DNA of 64,000 bases from assembly GCA_002633005.1 (NCBI GenBank), contig NMRA01000227.1, positions 506,219-570,218 of the forward strand. The letters are read 5' to 3'. Positions 12,701-37,544 of this stretch are shown in pieces. This DNA is from Phoronis australis. Lineage: Eukaryota > Animalia > Phoronida. The position numbers were made by a program, and so were the translations under genes. Under the pieces are notes generated by a model. The model ran no database searches and was not told where the DNA came from. It saw only the letters and a list, made by a program, of their open reading frames with translations. The number at the start of each line of letters is the position of its first letter. The stretch's first letter is position 1.

Positions 12701-13339
12701 GAGCAGAATGAATGCCTGCCAGAAGATCATCCTGGCAAGAAAGTAAAGCTTAATCCTGAGCTTTCCAAGGAGCACCAAGAGCAGATGAAGACATGGCAGT
12801 CTCAGATTGACGAAACGGCGCGCAAAAAATTGGAGGATATTCGTGATAACTATGACTCCATCATGCGGAAGATCAGTTTTGATGAGCAACAGAGAGTGCA
12901 TGAGGTGCAGCGTGTCTACGCCTCTCGTTTTAGGAACATGCAAGGTAGACACTACCACGAGCTGAACCGTCTATCTCGTCTGCCGTACAACAGCGTCACA
13001 AACGCGCGCTACTTTCAGCTGCAGCGAAGGCACTATGAGGAACGCAAAGATGTGGAGAAACAGAAGGATGGCGAGTACGACAGTATCTCGGCGAAGTTCA
13101 AGCGACTTTTCAGAGCAGAGCGAGAACGGTTGGTCAAGCAGAACGAGGAGGTACTCGAGGCGTGTAATTTGCAAAAGGCTGCCACGTCATTGTTCTTGCC
13201 CGATGTCCAGTACGTAGAACTGGACGTGTCTGGTCAGCGTGACAAGAGATGTAGAACAGAGAAGTCGTTCTTGCCACAAGACATTGCCGAAGCCATTATG
13301 GAGGAGGAAAAGCTGTACGATTTCTTCTACGCAAACTAA
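3742..13339 (+). CDS. Gene A: spliced gene for an uncharacterised ~851-aa protein (acidic N-half, NLS-like clusters, C-terminal coiled coil); coding exons 3742-3772, 5121-5345, 9423-9491, 10464-10763, 11409-13339
   Basis: All four introns are GT-AG and phase 1. The exons (31+225+69+300+1931 = 2556 nt) join into one open frame MECDNKGHPA-DLNATVLL...NETK-DSLETK...RFK-GVAKVR...QIST-AQEHTS...YDFFYAN*. No family recognised. Confidence 0.8.
4783..4901. repeat. Tandem duplication, ~62-bp unit x2
   Basis: acactctattg(g/a)tgaagatcttaaccaagaaagttacataggtgggtgttcaaacat occurs twice. Confidence 0.9.
5121..5345 (+). CDS. Gene A coding exon 2
   Basis: ctgcag| acceptor, G|gtaag donor; core of ORF 5102-5371; acidic, protein-like translation. 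Confidence 0.8.
6185..6390 (-). mobile_element. tRNA-derived SINE
   Basis: Minus strand has A box TGGCTTAGTGG and B box GTTCAAATCC followed by tggctttactggttgaca; homologous to 30158-30345. Confidence 0.75.
7321..8380 (+). mobile_element. HINE/Helentron-like non-autonomous element with internal tandem units, nested in the hAT
   Basis: Internal units (gttgaat.aaaagg...aaatgcac.taatg...gacctttgca) are homologous to 37545-38600; the element interrupts the hAT-like coding remnant. Confidence 0.55.
8741..8957. repeat. Minisatellite, 56-bp unit x~4
   Basis: ctgcagacatcaaagaatacatagactgtgtgcccagttttgctgagatccagtct repeated. Confidence 0.95.
9423..9491 (+). CDS. Gene A coding exon 3
   Basis: ttttattttcag| acceptor, G|gtatg donor, 69 nt, phase 1-1, open frame. 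Confidence 0.7.
9926..10060. repeat. Minisatellite, 47-bp unit x~3
   Basis: tacacaaggtttgtgtacacagatgatacttgttggacactatatct repeated. Confidence 0.95.
10464..10763 (+). CDS. Gene A coding exon 4
   Basis: aacag| acceptor, G|gtgag donor, 300 nt, phase 1-1; same frame as ORF 10547-10792. Confidence 0.8.
11409..13339 (+). CDS. Gene A terminal coding exon
   Basis: cctgtttcag| acceptor inside the 661-codon ORF 11354-13339; stop TAA. Confidence 0.9.
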
Positions 13340-14791
13340 TTTTTTGCTGCGTCTCGTTCACTTTTGCGCCATGTATGAAAGGTTCAACTATAGCTGGCGA
13401 GAAGAGGAGCTCGTTATTTTTCATGTTGATTTCTTTCTTGGCAAAAGTTGTTTTTAACATAGCCATTCCATATTATTTCCACTCGATCTTTATAATATAA
13501 GCATTTTTGTTAAAATCCGTTATTTTTAATTACTGACTTCTCAATTTATGATAGGCTGTAGTCAAAAGGAATGGACAAGGTGTTCATGCGACACCTAAGA
13601 GCACCCTGCACCTACTCATTATATTACCTTATCATTGAATGAAGTCATGAAAATTTCTTGTTCAGCTTTTGTTCAGTGGTTTTCAATGTCCAGATGACTG
13701 TTAATCTCGAATTCATTAATTAGACAATTCGCCTTCGGTAAAATTCTTCGGTTTACACTTTTTGCATTTCTGTGGGAATCGGTACATTTTCACCACAAAG
13801 CCCAAGGAAAGTGGCATGTCACAACATCAAAATGCCTTTGGCTCCAATCTCTTGTGCACTTAAGGGTCGTTTAGGGGGCATCGAGGAAATTTCGGCCTCG
13901 TGGCATGTTCGCAAACTGGCCATGTCTAACACAAAAAGCAAAATACAACGTTTGTGTAACTTGTCAAAAACCACGTCACGTTTGTAGCTGTGAATTTAAA
14001 ATAGCGCACTTGTTAAAGATCGGATTAGTAAGTAAAAGCTCAACTTCTGGTTTTTATTTCAGTTTTATTTCTGGATGCATTGCGTTTGACTAAACATTTT
14101 ACACCTGTATGTGTGTTTTAGCAAACTGATGCATATTGATTTATATTTTTGAACTCGACAAGGAGATGCCACGCTGTTTTTCTTGCAACCCTGCTCGGCA
14201 CTAGTTCGTCATTTTTAGTGCACGTTCGGCTCGCGGTGCTGGAACATATTTTTTTCAACAGAAAATAGTTTGTCATTTTTGATGTTTCAAAGACTACATG
14301 TATACGGATGCGCTGGTGGTAAAGGTGTATCAAAAAATTCACTATATTGTGCAGGACACTGACACGTACACCCATGGACCTCGTCTCGCAGAAACCCATG
14401 AGTCGCTCATCATTTGTTCCGGCTCTCCAGAGTGTAGGAAATACTTTTTATGAAATACGAGACAGTTATTGCGTTTAAGTACGGATATCTGTGGACCGAA
14501 GTTACCCCGGGCGTTGGCCGGACTTGCCCCATCTTTGGAAAAGTTTGGCATTTTTTACTTCATTGACCACTTCCCGCAATGCACATCGCACTTTTGTAAG
14601 TACAGTGAAATATAATCATCGATTGTATATCCCCAAAAAACTCCCTGAAAAGTTTTCAGGTTTAAAGCTGAGATTCTGTTATAAATGTCTAAACCGAACT
14701 AGCGTCGGTCTCCACTGTTGTTGCAGTTGGGGAAGGTTATTAAGTTTATGTCGGGCAGTATAAAAACACTTCCAAATTTGACAACATCGTG

Positions 14792-15497
14792 TGTCAGGAA
14801 TGGCTCATCGGATTCATGTTAAACTTTCAGATATGCTTCATCAATGAATTGTTGTCAGCCAATATGCAGTTAGCACTTGTTTTCAAAATGATCCAGTTTT
14901 GTTATTCCCAGTGTGTGGGAGGGCGCAGGTTGTTACAGACCTATGCTAATAGCTTTCGATGCGATGATAGACTGAAGACTGGTTCGAGTTAATCCTTTAT
15001 TAATATCGACCCCGTACGTTCACAAGCCTACTCAAACAAAACGTCCAATGTAATGTCTATTCTACTCTCCAGCCAGTGCTGCGAAGCCTTGACTTGTAAT
15101 GAGCTGAGACACGTTCAACAACTCAACTGTAACTCTTCAGTAATTAACTGATGTTCAACTTTTATCTGCTAACTACTTTTACTGCTTTGCTGACTAATAC
15201 AAACGCGTGCTAGTGTATTTGTAGACTAACGCATAGTTCTAGAACTTTTCACTAGTTGAAGCACTTTCCAGAACCTTCCGGAATCTACCCAATCAGTCTT
15301 CAAACATATACTAGTCTCTAGAATATTCCAGACTGCATTAATCACTGCTATCGATGCTAGAGTCTTCTAGAAAATTCCACACTATACTGTAGTAAACAAA
15401 TTACACTGTACTAAACTTAGGGGTCATGTCAATCAATAACACTTACAGAACTAAAAACGAATTAAAACTAAGAACGCTGTCAGTCTAAATTCTGACA
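14792..15497 (-). mobile_element. Solo LTR-like element with clustered heat-shock elements
   Basis: TGTCAG...CTGACA termini; AATAAA on the minus strand near 15000; nGAAn arrays at 15235-15380; homologous segment at ~18850-19208. TSD not evident. Confidence 0.6.
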
Positions 15498-17939
15498 ACG
15501 ATTTTTACGAAAAAAATTGCATAAAACGAAATGATAAGTGTTTTTGAGGAAAAATTTATGTCAAACAAAATTTGCTCTTGTTATTGATACCATTGATTTG
15601 CTATGAATGTGCCTTTTTTGCCAAATCTACTAAAAGACATGGTCACGTGACTAATTAAAAAATCAGCGGGTTAATATGTGGAACCAATAACTTTGAATGA
15701 CAATCGAAAGACTTTGAATTGATGACTGATGATTATGTTTCCACTTCAATAGTTTAGAACTCTTATGAATGAGGTGCCTTCATCTGATTATGGGAGCACT
15801 TGGAGTACACTCCAGTATTTACACACATGGATGTCTGCCTACCATGTACAACAAATGATGTTATTATTATTATTATTTTCCCGTTGTCTGCACTGTGGCT
15901 GTGGCCCTTGGGGACTTTTCGGGGGCACAAATTGAGCCAGATTTGATATTCGAGGTACCGGTGAAGATTTATGTAAATGAACAATCGTGCCACACTGAGC
16001 ACTGAATGACTGTAAAAGTGTTGTGCCTGTCGTCCGCCCACTGTGGAACGTGCCAATTATACTGCTGGGAACTAGTTGTATGACTGTAAACCTCTTCTGC
16101 CTGTCGCCCATCCATCGACCGTGGAACGTGCCAATTATGCTCCTGGCAACTAGCTGAGAAGTAATATATTTTAATACGAGTTCTCTTGCTCACTATCATG
16201 CCAAACCCATCAGCGTGTCACACAGCTCTTCATTGTGCACTGTGCTAGTGGGGAAATATAATAGTTTAAAGTGCCTTATGAACCCGCCTTCCATCACTTT
16301 TGATTCAAACCACTTAACCATGAAATTGGTATCAAATTGCCCCTTAATCAAATTTTAAGATCTGATTTCAGGGCTTTGTAGGAACTGCCATGTCGTATTG
16401 CATGAGTCGGTTCGAGTCCCACCATGTCACACTGCTAAACCCTTGAGTCAGGTTTCAAGCTCCTCAGCTCGGTTTTAACCACATATTAATAAAGCATAAA
16501 AATATTTCCAGGTGATCAGTGCAATGGGCCCACATGCGAGGCCTGCGCACGTGGTACAACGTGTATCAGACCGCCTGCAATTATTTTTATTATTTTTATA
16601 TTGCATGAGTCCACAGCACTGCGCTGAGCATTGCCTCGAGGAATAACGAACTCTCAGTTTGTTGCAAGCCCATAAAACATTTCTAACCTGAAAAAGAAAC
16701 AAGTTGAGGACAATTTCACAGTAGTAAGTAGTCTAAATGAGACTTGACGGAACATGGTTTATAGTCGCTTTGAAAGCTTCTGTAAATTCGCCATCTGTAA
16801 AAAAACGACATTTACTGAGAGGTAATTCAAGGCTTGGGTACATTTGACAGTGTGATTGTTTGGGAACAGGTGCAGTTAGTGGTATTGCCACGGTGGGCCA
16901 TTCGATCTATGTGCCGCGTATGGTCCAGCTTAATACATATGTCATTGGGCAACAATCAGGTAGAAAAAATGGGCCGAGGTGGTATTTTTGAGATGCGTTC
17001 GTTGAAACACATACGCAAATCAGTGCAGATTAAAAAACTCATGTTACTCTGCCAGCTTCCACCTGGCGCAACATCAATGATAGAATCATTTGTTTATGTG
17101 CACATAATACGTGTGCAAAATGGTTTCAACAAATGAAAAATATAACCCAAGTAAAACGAAACGTTATGTCCGTAGCATCGTTGTCTCAGTCTTCGAACCT
17201 GATTGCGTCTACTTTTAGAAGGATTGTTTGTTCATTAGTTGGTCATTAACGCACGGTGTTGTCAATTCTAATGACTTTCTTCACGAGTAGTGCTTCGTCG
17301 GAGGGAAGGGTGTGCAGAAACCAAAGAAAGTTTGCGTTGATCCACCTTCATGAGTTCGGATTTGAAAAGGTTTCGTTCAAAAGCAAGGTTCAAGAAGAGG
17401 TCACTGGTCTGATGACAAAATGACGTCACTTTAATGGCAAACTTTTAGATATTCAAACAAGCATTGGGTCTCTTAGTATAAAACGTTTTAGAAAATTGTG
17501 CGCCTCTTTGAACAACGTGTGTTCACTTGCTGTGATTTGAAATTCAAAGTTTACGAAATGAGATAATGTGAAATCACCACCACTTTTAGACGGAACACAG
17601 TCGCTTAAATTGTTTACAAATACTATAGAAGCCACCCATAGGGTCTCCGTAGGGAATCTAGAATTCATGATATTATAAGGTTTTTTGATTGTTTCATGTT
17701 GAGGGGGTCCTCTGAAGCACTTTAGCTGGGATGTATATCAAGCACCATATGTAGATTATTTTGATGTCCTTACCATTATGTTTCCAAGGTCAGTGAAGTT
17801 TGGCCTAGTTTATAGGTCGCTAAATCAGGAATTTACATACTATAGATAGCCCCACTTTTGACGCTCAAATATAGGTTTCTTGGCTGTGTCATCTTTATTA
17901 GAATAAATCACACAACAACGTCCGAGCAGCGTTTTTCTC

Positions 17940-18540
17940 GAAAGGGACACGTAACACCCAAAAGTTTCCCACGGCGTTTTTTTTTTCTTTTGTTTTAGTC
18001 GAATTAATGCGACAAAAACCTATGAAACGTCTGTCCCTCAAACTGGAAATTGTGAATATGTAAAGATGGGAGATTACTATAGTATTTCATATGAGATATA
18101 TTTCGCCGTGTGTGGAAATACGGGACATTTTGATGATATGGCAGAAAAAAATCAAAAAGTGGTACGGTTCGCCAAGAGTGTTGCATTTGTTTATGGGGTA
18201 AACTTTTCATTTTCTAAATTTTATTTCACGGGTATAGGTAAATCTTGCAGATTTACTGCTCAGAAGTCGAATCAGCAAAGCTGAAAAGATGCCAGAGGCC
18301 AGACTATTCCCGGCGTCCAGCGAGGGCCACAAGTCAGTGCGTATAAAGAATGACGAGCGTAATTGTCGGGTTTGTTGACTAATTTTCCAGAGAAATCGCT
18401 GGTTGTTTAAAAATCGTACCTTAAGAGTCTTGCTTGATGAACAAAAAGATGACAAAATGAAAATGAAGATATAAAATTAATCTTCATAAGATATTTACTA
18501 TAGATCACATGCGGGGGTTGGCATTCCATGGCTAGAGTTA
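17940..18540 (+). mobile_element. Dispersed repeat copy (unclassified) inside the CYP pseudogene
   Basis: Blocks tctaaat..tatttcac.ggta.aggtaaat and agctgaaa.gat.ccagaggccaga...caagtc.gtgc.tataaag are shared with 32960-33905. Confidence 0.75.
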
Positions 18541-18849
18541 TATGATACCTGTGTAGGTCTATATTCCATCTTAAACCCTCAGTACTTTCAGTCACCGAAG
18601 GTAGCGCTTCTAAACTTTAAAATCACCAATCGGACCAATAAAAATCCAATCCTGGCAAGGAGGCACGAATTAATTGTTTCTTCTTTTGCGCAACCCGCTT
18701 GACATTTATTTTTGGTGGTGTGAAGATACAGTCCGGCTCCAGTCACTGAGGTCGAACCGTGAAGGTGAAGCGTCTGGCGTGCCTAACAGTCTTCATCAAA
18801 AGTCTAGGCTGTCTAGGTATTACCTACTAGAGAAGAAAATGAGTCCGAC

Positions 18850-19208
18850 ATAATGTCTGTTCTATGTTCCAGCCAGTACTGCGAAGTCTTGATTTGTGAT
18901 GGAGTTCCGAAGCGCTTCCAGCAACTATTACACTGGTTGGCACAATAAGCAATTGTCTCTTCAGCTGGCTATGGTTCTTTTTACTTATCATTTACACGAT
19001 GGAACACTCTTCTAGACTGTCATCTATTGTAAACAAATCACGTCATACCTAGCCCAATACAATAAAATACAATATAGTAGGATATAGACTGTCACCTTCA
19101 CTGGCCTGTTCCCACGGATCACGTGATGTACTATCTGCTAATAGACAAACAGAACAGCAAAGTAAAAGACCCATAGAACAAGAACTAGTGTCAGTCTGTT
19201 TCTGGCAT
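18850..19208 (-). mobile_element. Diverged second copy of the LTR-like element
   Basis: taatgtct.ttcta...tccagccagt.ctgcgaag.cttga matches 15051-15095; the end tgtcagtct...tctggca matches 15478-15497. Left boundary uncertain. Confidence 0.5.
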
Positions 19209-20337
19209 AAACAAAAATAGAATGTTACATTGTGGCGATATTTAAAAATGCTCAATGTTGTCAGGATTGCAACCCAGCCAAAACTCTTCAGGATTAATAA
19301 CGACATGAAGCAACCAAAAAAGCCTGATACTACCAAGAATTTCTTGGAAACCGTTTCTTCGTTTTTCTTCTTGATGATCACAACAGTTTATCAGTTACAT
19401 CAATGACAGTTACTGGTACTTAATGAGTTTCTTTTCAGTTTTATACGACCAGTTCTGTGATGAATGTGATATGCTCAATACTACTAGGTCGACGTTTTGA
19501 TTACGAGGACAAGCGGTTTTGTTCCTTTCTGCAAAGGAGTAACGACAGTTTCACAAGTAAGATATCTTCTGATAATGTACGTCTGTTTTTAATTCGGTCG
19601 TTCTGTGACACCAAAGAGAACTACGATCTATACCTTCACACGTGTCTTCGGTTATCACAGTCGAAATTCCTTTGCATCTGTTCTTCAAGATGACAGAAAC
19701 AGTGTACATTTAGCTCCAAAATTTGTTTATAAAATCACAAAACGTTTTTTAGTCGTGTAACCGGCGTAGCAGTTTTCCAAGTTCTGCTTGAGATCATTTT
19801 TGGCGCCTAAACTGACCCGTCCATCGTGGCGGCGACTACTAGAGATTAGTTTCAACCCAAAACAATCACGTAGTTGTTTCACTGCCCAGAAATCTCTAAT
19901 TTCAGCAAGGGACAAATTGACACCAATTTCACAGCAAGTGGTCGAATTAAAAAATTATTTTTGAGAAAGTTGGCGTCAAGCATTCACCGTAATCAGTTAA
20001 ATAGGAGTTGTTCTAAATTTCATAAGAAAATTGCGCGTTTATTCTTATTAAAGTGTTTCCTTTCTTGCGTTACGTTACCGGCGACGTGCTTGGAGTCAAC
20101 GTCATACTGAGAAATACTCAGACAACATGCAGAAATTTATAGACACTTGCCTTGAACGAATTAACTCTGATACAATAAGTGGAAAAGACGATTCTACGTT
20201 TTCAGGTAAAACATACTTTAAAAACAGTATGCACCTACTAACGGCGAATGTTCAGTCTTTGGTTAACATCTAGCTCTCAGGTGCCGAAGGCCATAAAAAT
20301 CATAAGTATCATTTCTGTAAGTATCGATGAAAATATC

Positions 20338-20420
20338 TTTAAAATGCTATATCAGAAAGACAGTTTAAAATGCTATATCAGAAAGACAGTTTAAAATGCT
20401 ATATCAGAAAGACAGTTTAA
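20338..20420. repeat. Minisatellite, 26-bp unit x3
   Basis: tttaaaatgctatatcagaaagacag repeated. Confidence 0.95.
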
Positions 20421-20460
20421 ATATCAAAGTCAAGAATCATTCCCTAATTACACACGGCCA

Positions 20461-20680
20461 TTTCAGATTTAAGTAGTCTGACGCCTGATCCAGAGTCTCA
20501 GATTTAAGTAGTCTGACGCCTGATCCAGAGTCTCAGATTTAAGTAGTCTGACGCCTGATCCAGAGTCTCAGATTTAAGTAGTCTGACGCCTGATCCAGAG
20601 TCTCAGATTTAAGTAGTCTGACGCCTCATCCAGAGTCTCAGATTTAAGTAGTCTGACGCCTGATCCAGAGTCTCAGATTT
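20461..20680. repeat. Minisatellite, 35-bp unit x6
   Basis: tctcagatttaagtagtctgacgcctgatccagag repeated almost perfectly. Confidence 0.95.
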
Positions 20681-22558
20681 GCTGCCGAGGATCACCAGTA
20701 GAAGAATACGCAATTTTCTCAGGAATAGGTCAATCATCAGTCCCAATATAAGGAGCTAGGGTTTTCCTTAACGCCCGAAGAGATATTGCAGAAAATTTTC
20801 AAACGATTACGGCACCGGCTCTACTGAATTTCACCATTGCTGTAAACCCCCTGTTGTCTAACCTGGATGAAAAACAATGTGTACGTTTTTAGATGAACGT
20901 CTTTTTACATTGTCAAGACGGTGACCATGTCACGGAGAAGCCCTAGGGAGAATGGAACTATTCCTCTATATAACCACAATGTTACACAACTTCACGTTTA
21001 GCCTTCGTCAACGGACGAAACCATAGTCAACGCGAGTAGGCCTAGGCATGGGATTCGTCTAAGCACCACTACCATTAGAGGTATTATCCATCACTCGAAC
21101 TTAATAATAGTGAGATAAAGCGTGCATTATACAACAGATACATCGTTACGAATTTGGTACATTTTCTAATTCAGTGTGAATATTGATTCAAGTGACAATA
21201 TTATTTTTTTTTGAAAACATTTTTGATCACTTTGGCATATTTTACTTTCTCTGAAATGTATTCTGAATCTTTTTTTTAGTTTTTTATAGAAACGTAATTA
21301 ATAAATTTTTAAACATGAAATGCCGCACTGCACCAGATAGCATAACGCAACTCATTCATTTTGTATTTTCATACGCATCGAAATTACGAGAATACTTTCG
21401 CATTTGCAAGTAACCGAGTTCTTCCAGGACAAAAGAAATGGAATTCAAGTACAGGTCAACGCTGGCCGTTCACTTCGACGACGACAATAATTATTACAAC
21501 TTACTTGATGAGGAAGTTGAGTTTAATGACTTAATATCACCCATGAATTTGAATATTAAAAAATTAATCAAATGTAGAATCTTCAAATAAATAAAACCAA
21601 GTTTTCAACCCTTTGTTGTGTCATTAATTGATACAGACGCTTCCTGTGCAACACTATCATGCTTGCATGTCATTTAATTTGTATGTTTGTATTTGTAGAG
21701 AAATAATTATGTAATATTTTGTAATTGCTATTTGTGATTTCAAGTAAGTAGTTATTATTTTAAATTCCAATTTACTGTGCCTTCGCAAGGCTAGAAGAAA
21801 CAAAACATGCTTTAGCTTGAGATTGATAATTTATTGTGAGCAATAAATCGATAATATATAGGCAAACATAGACAAAAACAGTGCAATTTGCTTAATTTTA
21901 CATGAGCACACACTATTACAGCGACTTCTTTTACTAAGTAGTTGATGATCGTACCTTGCTAATGCCACGGAGGAATACATTTAATTATTATAATTAGTAA
22001 AATCATCAGTCAGGATTGCACATCAATTAGACACGTACTTACTCAAAATTGTTCACATCGAATGACTGATGTTTTGCCGATAAACTCTACCCGTCATGCA
22101 CTTGTGATACATCTCTCACTTCATAACGTACAAACACAAAAATATATAAGACAACAGGCGCCAAGATAATTACATTTTAACTACAATAGCATTCAACGGG
22201 ATTCAAAAGACTCCATAAAGAAAGTGACATTTTGATTAACTTTTCTAAGAAAAATGGTAATTACCATGACAGCTAGAACGGAAGATTCCAGGAAGAAAGC
22301 CATATAACGGACAAAAGTAATCTACAACACAAACGTGCACGTGTGATTGGTTTGTCACTTTGGCAACAGGGTTCTTTCATGTACAGTCCGGATACAACAC
22401 TTGTGCAAAACTATTGTATTAGACAATTCATTTGTGTAGTGTTTCCTTCATGCCACGTATTCCTATGCAATTATACTTTTTTTAAAAATATAATGCACTG
22501 TCTGATCGAAAAATGTAAGTGTTAACAAATTATCACGTTTTTATAAATATGTGCATTA

Positions 22559-35677
<13,119 letters not shown>

Positions 35678-37409
35678 TTATTATGCTCATGTCAAAATAT
35701 ATATTAGAACATAATTTTGATATCAGAAGTACAGAATTCAATTAAAATTTATACTGTCTCCTGTTTCTATGGGGTAGCTTATTTCACTGTAGAGGTTGCT
35801 CGTTCCTGTTGGACGTAGTCCAAGGTCGAGTTCAATAATGCTAGAGTCTGGTTAGAAAAATAAGATCTCGCGAGATTCCGTGGGATATCACCATTCATTT
35901 TCAACGAGAGCACGTGGTTTTGGCTACATTTTTGTCGCCGCGAGACAGTTATTGAACTCGACCCTGGACACCTGCAATGCGTAACAATATTGCAACTTGA
36001 ACTGCTTTTCACGTCAAACAAGGATACAATTAAAAGTTTTTAAACGAATAAAAGTTGTAGTTAGCTCGTTCCTCACGTTAAGTTCAGCGCGTAGCAAGCA
36101 TTACAAAATTAGCTGATACCACTGCTTTCACCATTTATGATGAATATCACACTAACCGACAAGCTTATAGCAGATTCCTTCAACATTAGTTATACTCGCT
36201 TCACATCAGGTGAGATTGCGGTAACAACGCACATAACGCGATATCACTTTAGGAACCGAGGAACGCACCGATTTGCAAACCATGGTGCTTTGCCATGAAG
36301 CATATCTTCTGATGGAATCAGTAAAAACCAAAATATCACATCTATTGAGTCTTTTTCGTGAAATACATTTAAGACCAGGAACAAACAACCTGTGAAGGGT
36401 GTACTCCAATAGATATCAGAATGTGACGGCGGCCATCAAAATAAATAGGCACTCCCTGAAGAAGCTCAGCATCACCACCATTCTAAAATGTTTATCCACA
36501 ATGCAACGTAAGTTAGTGTTAAGAACTTGCCCTGCATCTTCACATTTAGAATGTACCACTCACTATCTGAGTTCCTAATTAATATGTAGTTCATAATTTT
36601 AATCAATTTCTAAAAAGTATTATTGCACTTTGAGTTGAAACAAAGAATTTGGCAAAAGACCAAATGTTGATGATGGGTGTGCTTCCCTTGTTTATTAACT
36701 CGGCAGTGTCTGACATGTTGAAAAGTAGGTTAGTCATGCAATATGTTTTCCTACCTCCACGAAATAGGACAGTTCAACTGACTATCGGTCTGGCCTTCTC
36801 TATAACCGTCATTATTATACGTTCTACTTAGTTTACGCAAGAAAGGTTTCCATTTAGCATTCAGAAGTCCGTCTTTGAATGAAAGAGAATCTTGTTCGAA
36901 AGTTGCATTTAAACAGAAAGTTCTGTTATTCACAGTTTAGTCCAGAAAATGGACGTGCCTTATCAATTCGAGGACCATTTTCTTCTTGGACTTCAGTAAC
37001 ACTGCCGTGCGTTGTCCTGCTTTTCCAATGTCCCGACTAGTATTTGCTGTCCTTACGACACAGTAGACCACGCACAACTTAGCTCAGAAAACTCAGGTTC
37101 TGATAAGTTTTAGTGCTCTTTAAAGAAGAAATAAAACTTGAGGAAACAAGAGCGAAACTCACGCTTTGAAGACCAGCCTGATTTTCTTACAGACGTTACC
37201 AACTGAAAATGGGCGAAGTCACAACCCAACAAACGTATAAGAAACGTGCACTGCAGCGTGGACAAACGTAACAACAAACTTTTGCACACAGATTTTATTC
37301 TTCACACCCGAGTCATCTAGAACTTCTATCTATGTATGAAATGAAATCAACAAATGAGTGACGCACGACATGTACATGCAACAACATTAGGACTATTATC
37401 AAAACTCAC

Positions 37410-37433
37410 CTCTGCTTTCTGCATTTCGATACT
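37410..37433 (-). CDS. Candidate 24-nt micro-exon of gene B (EYRNAESR)
   Basis: atttcag|...G|gtgagt; phase 1-1, compatible with the 35652 acceptor. Confidence 0.4.
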
Positions 37434-37544
37434 CTGAAATTATAGATAATGGCATCTTAGGCCTCGGCAATCAAAATGGAATGGAGCAACTTCAGTCCAA
37501 CGAGATACTCTCCAATGGCTTGTGCACCACATTAGAACTATACA

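Larger units (their letters stand above)
17285..20206 (+). pseudogene. Cytochrome P450 (CYP2 clan) pseudogene fragments
   Basis: Three collinear segments: ~17285-17465 SSEGRVCRNQRKFALIHLHEFGFEKVSFKSKVQEEVTGLMTK*RHFNGKLLDI (C/D helices; WxxxR Trp lost, in-frame TGA at 17421); ~19439-19576 SVMNVICSILLGRRFDYEDKRF (E helix); ~19905-20206 ending DNMQKFIDTCLERINSDTISGKDDSTFS|gt (G/H helices). No I-helix or heme-binding exon found. Confidence 0.8.

Noticed and set aside
12960-13230. Resemblance of the gene A C-terminus to the ANKRD11/12 C-terminal region (ERERLVKQNEEVL)
   Set aside because: Only a few residues in low-complexity helical sequence and no ankyrin repeats; not enough for an assignment.
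14300-14640. Possible further THAP remnant
   Set aside because: Too degenerate; the conserved Cys/Trp/His pattern cannot be read in one frame.
20461-20680. 35-bp direct repeats of CRISPR repeat length
   Set aside because: Head-to-tail with no spacers.
36416-36418. In-frame TGA after a hydrophobic stretch as selenocysteine or readthrough
   Set aside because: No SECIS seen and no homology support; the downstream frame is not recognisable.
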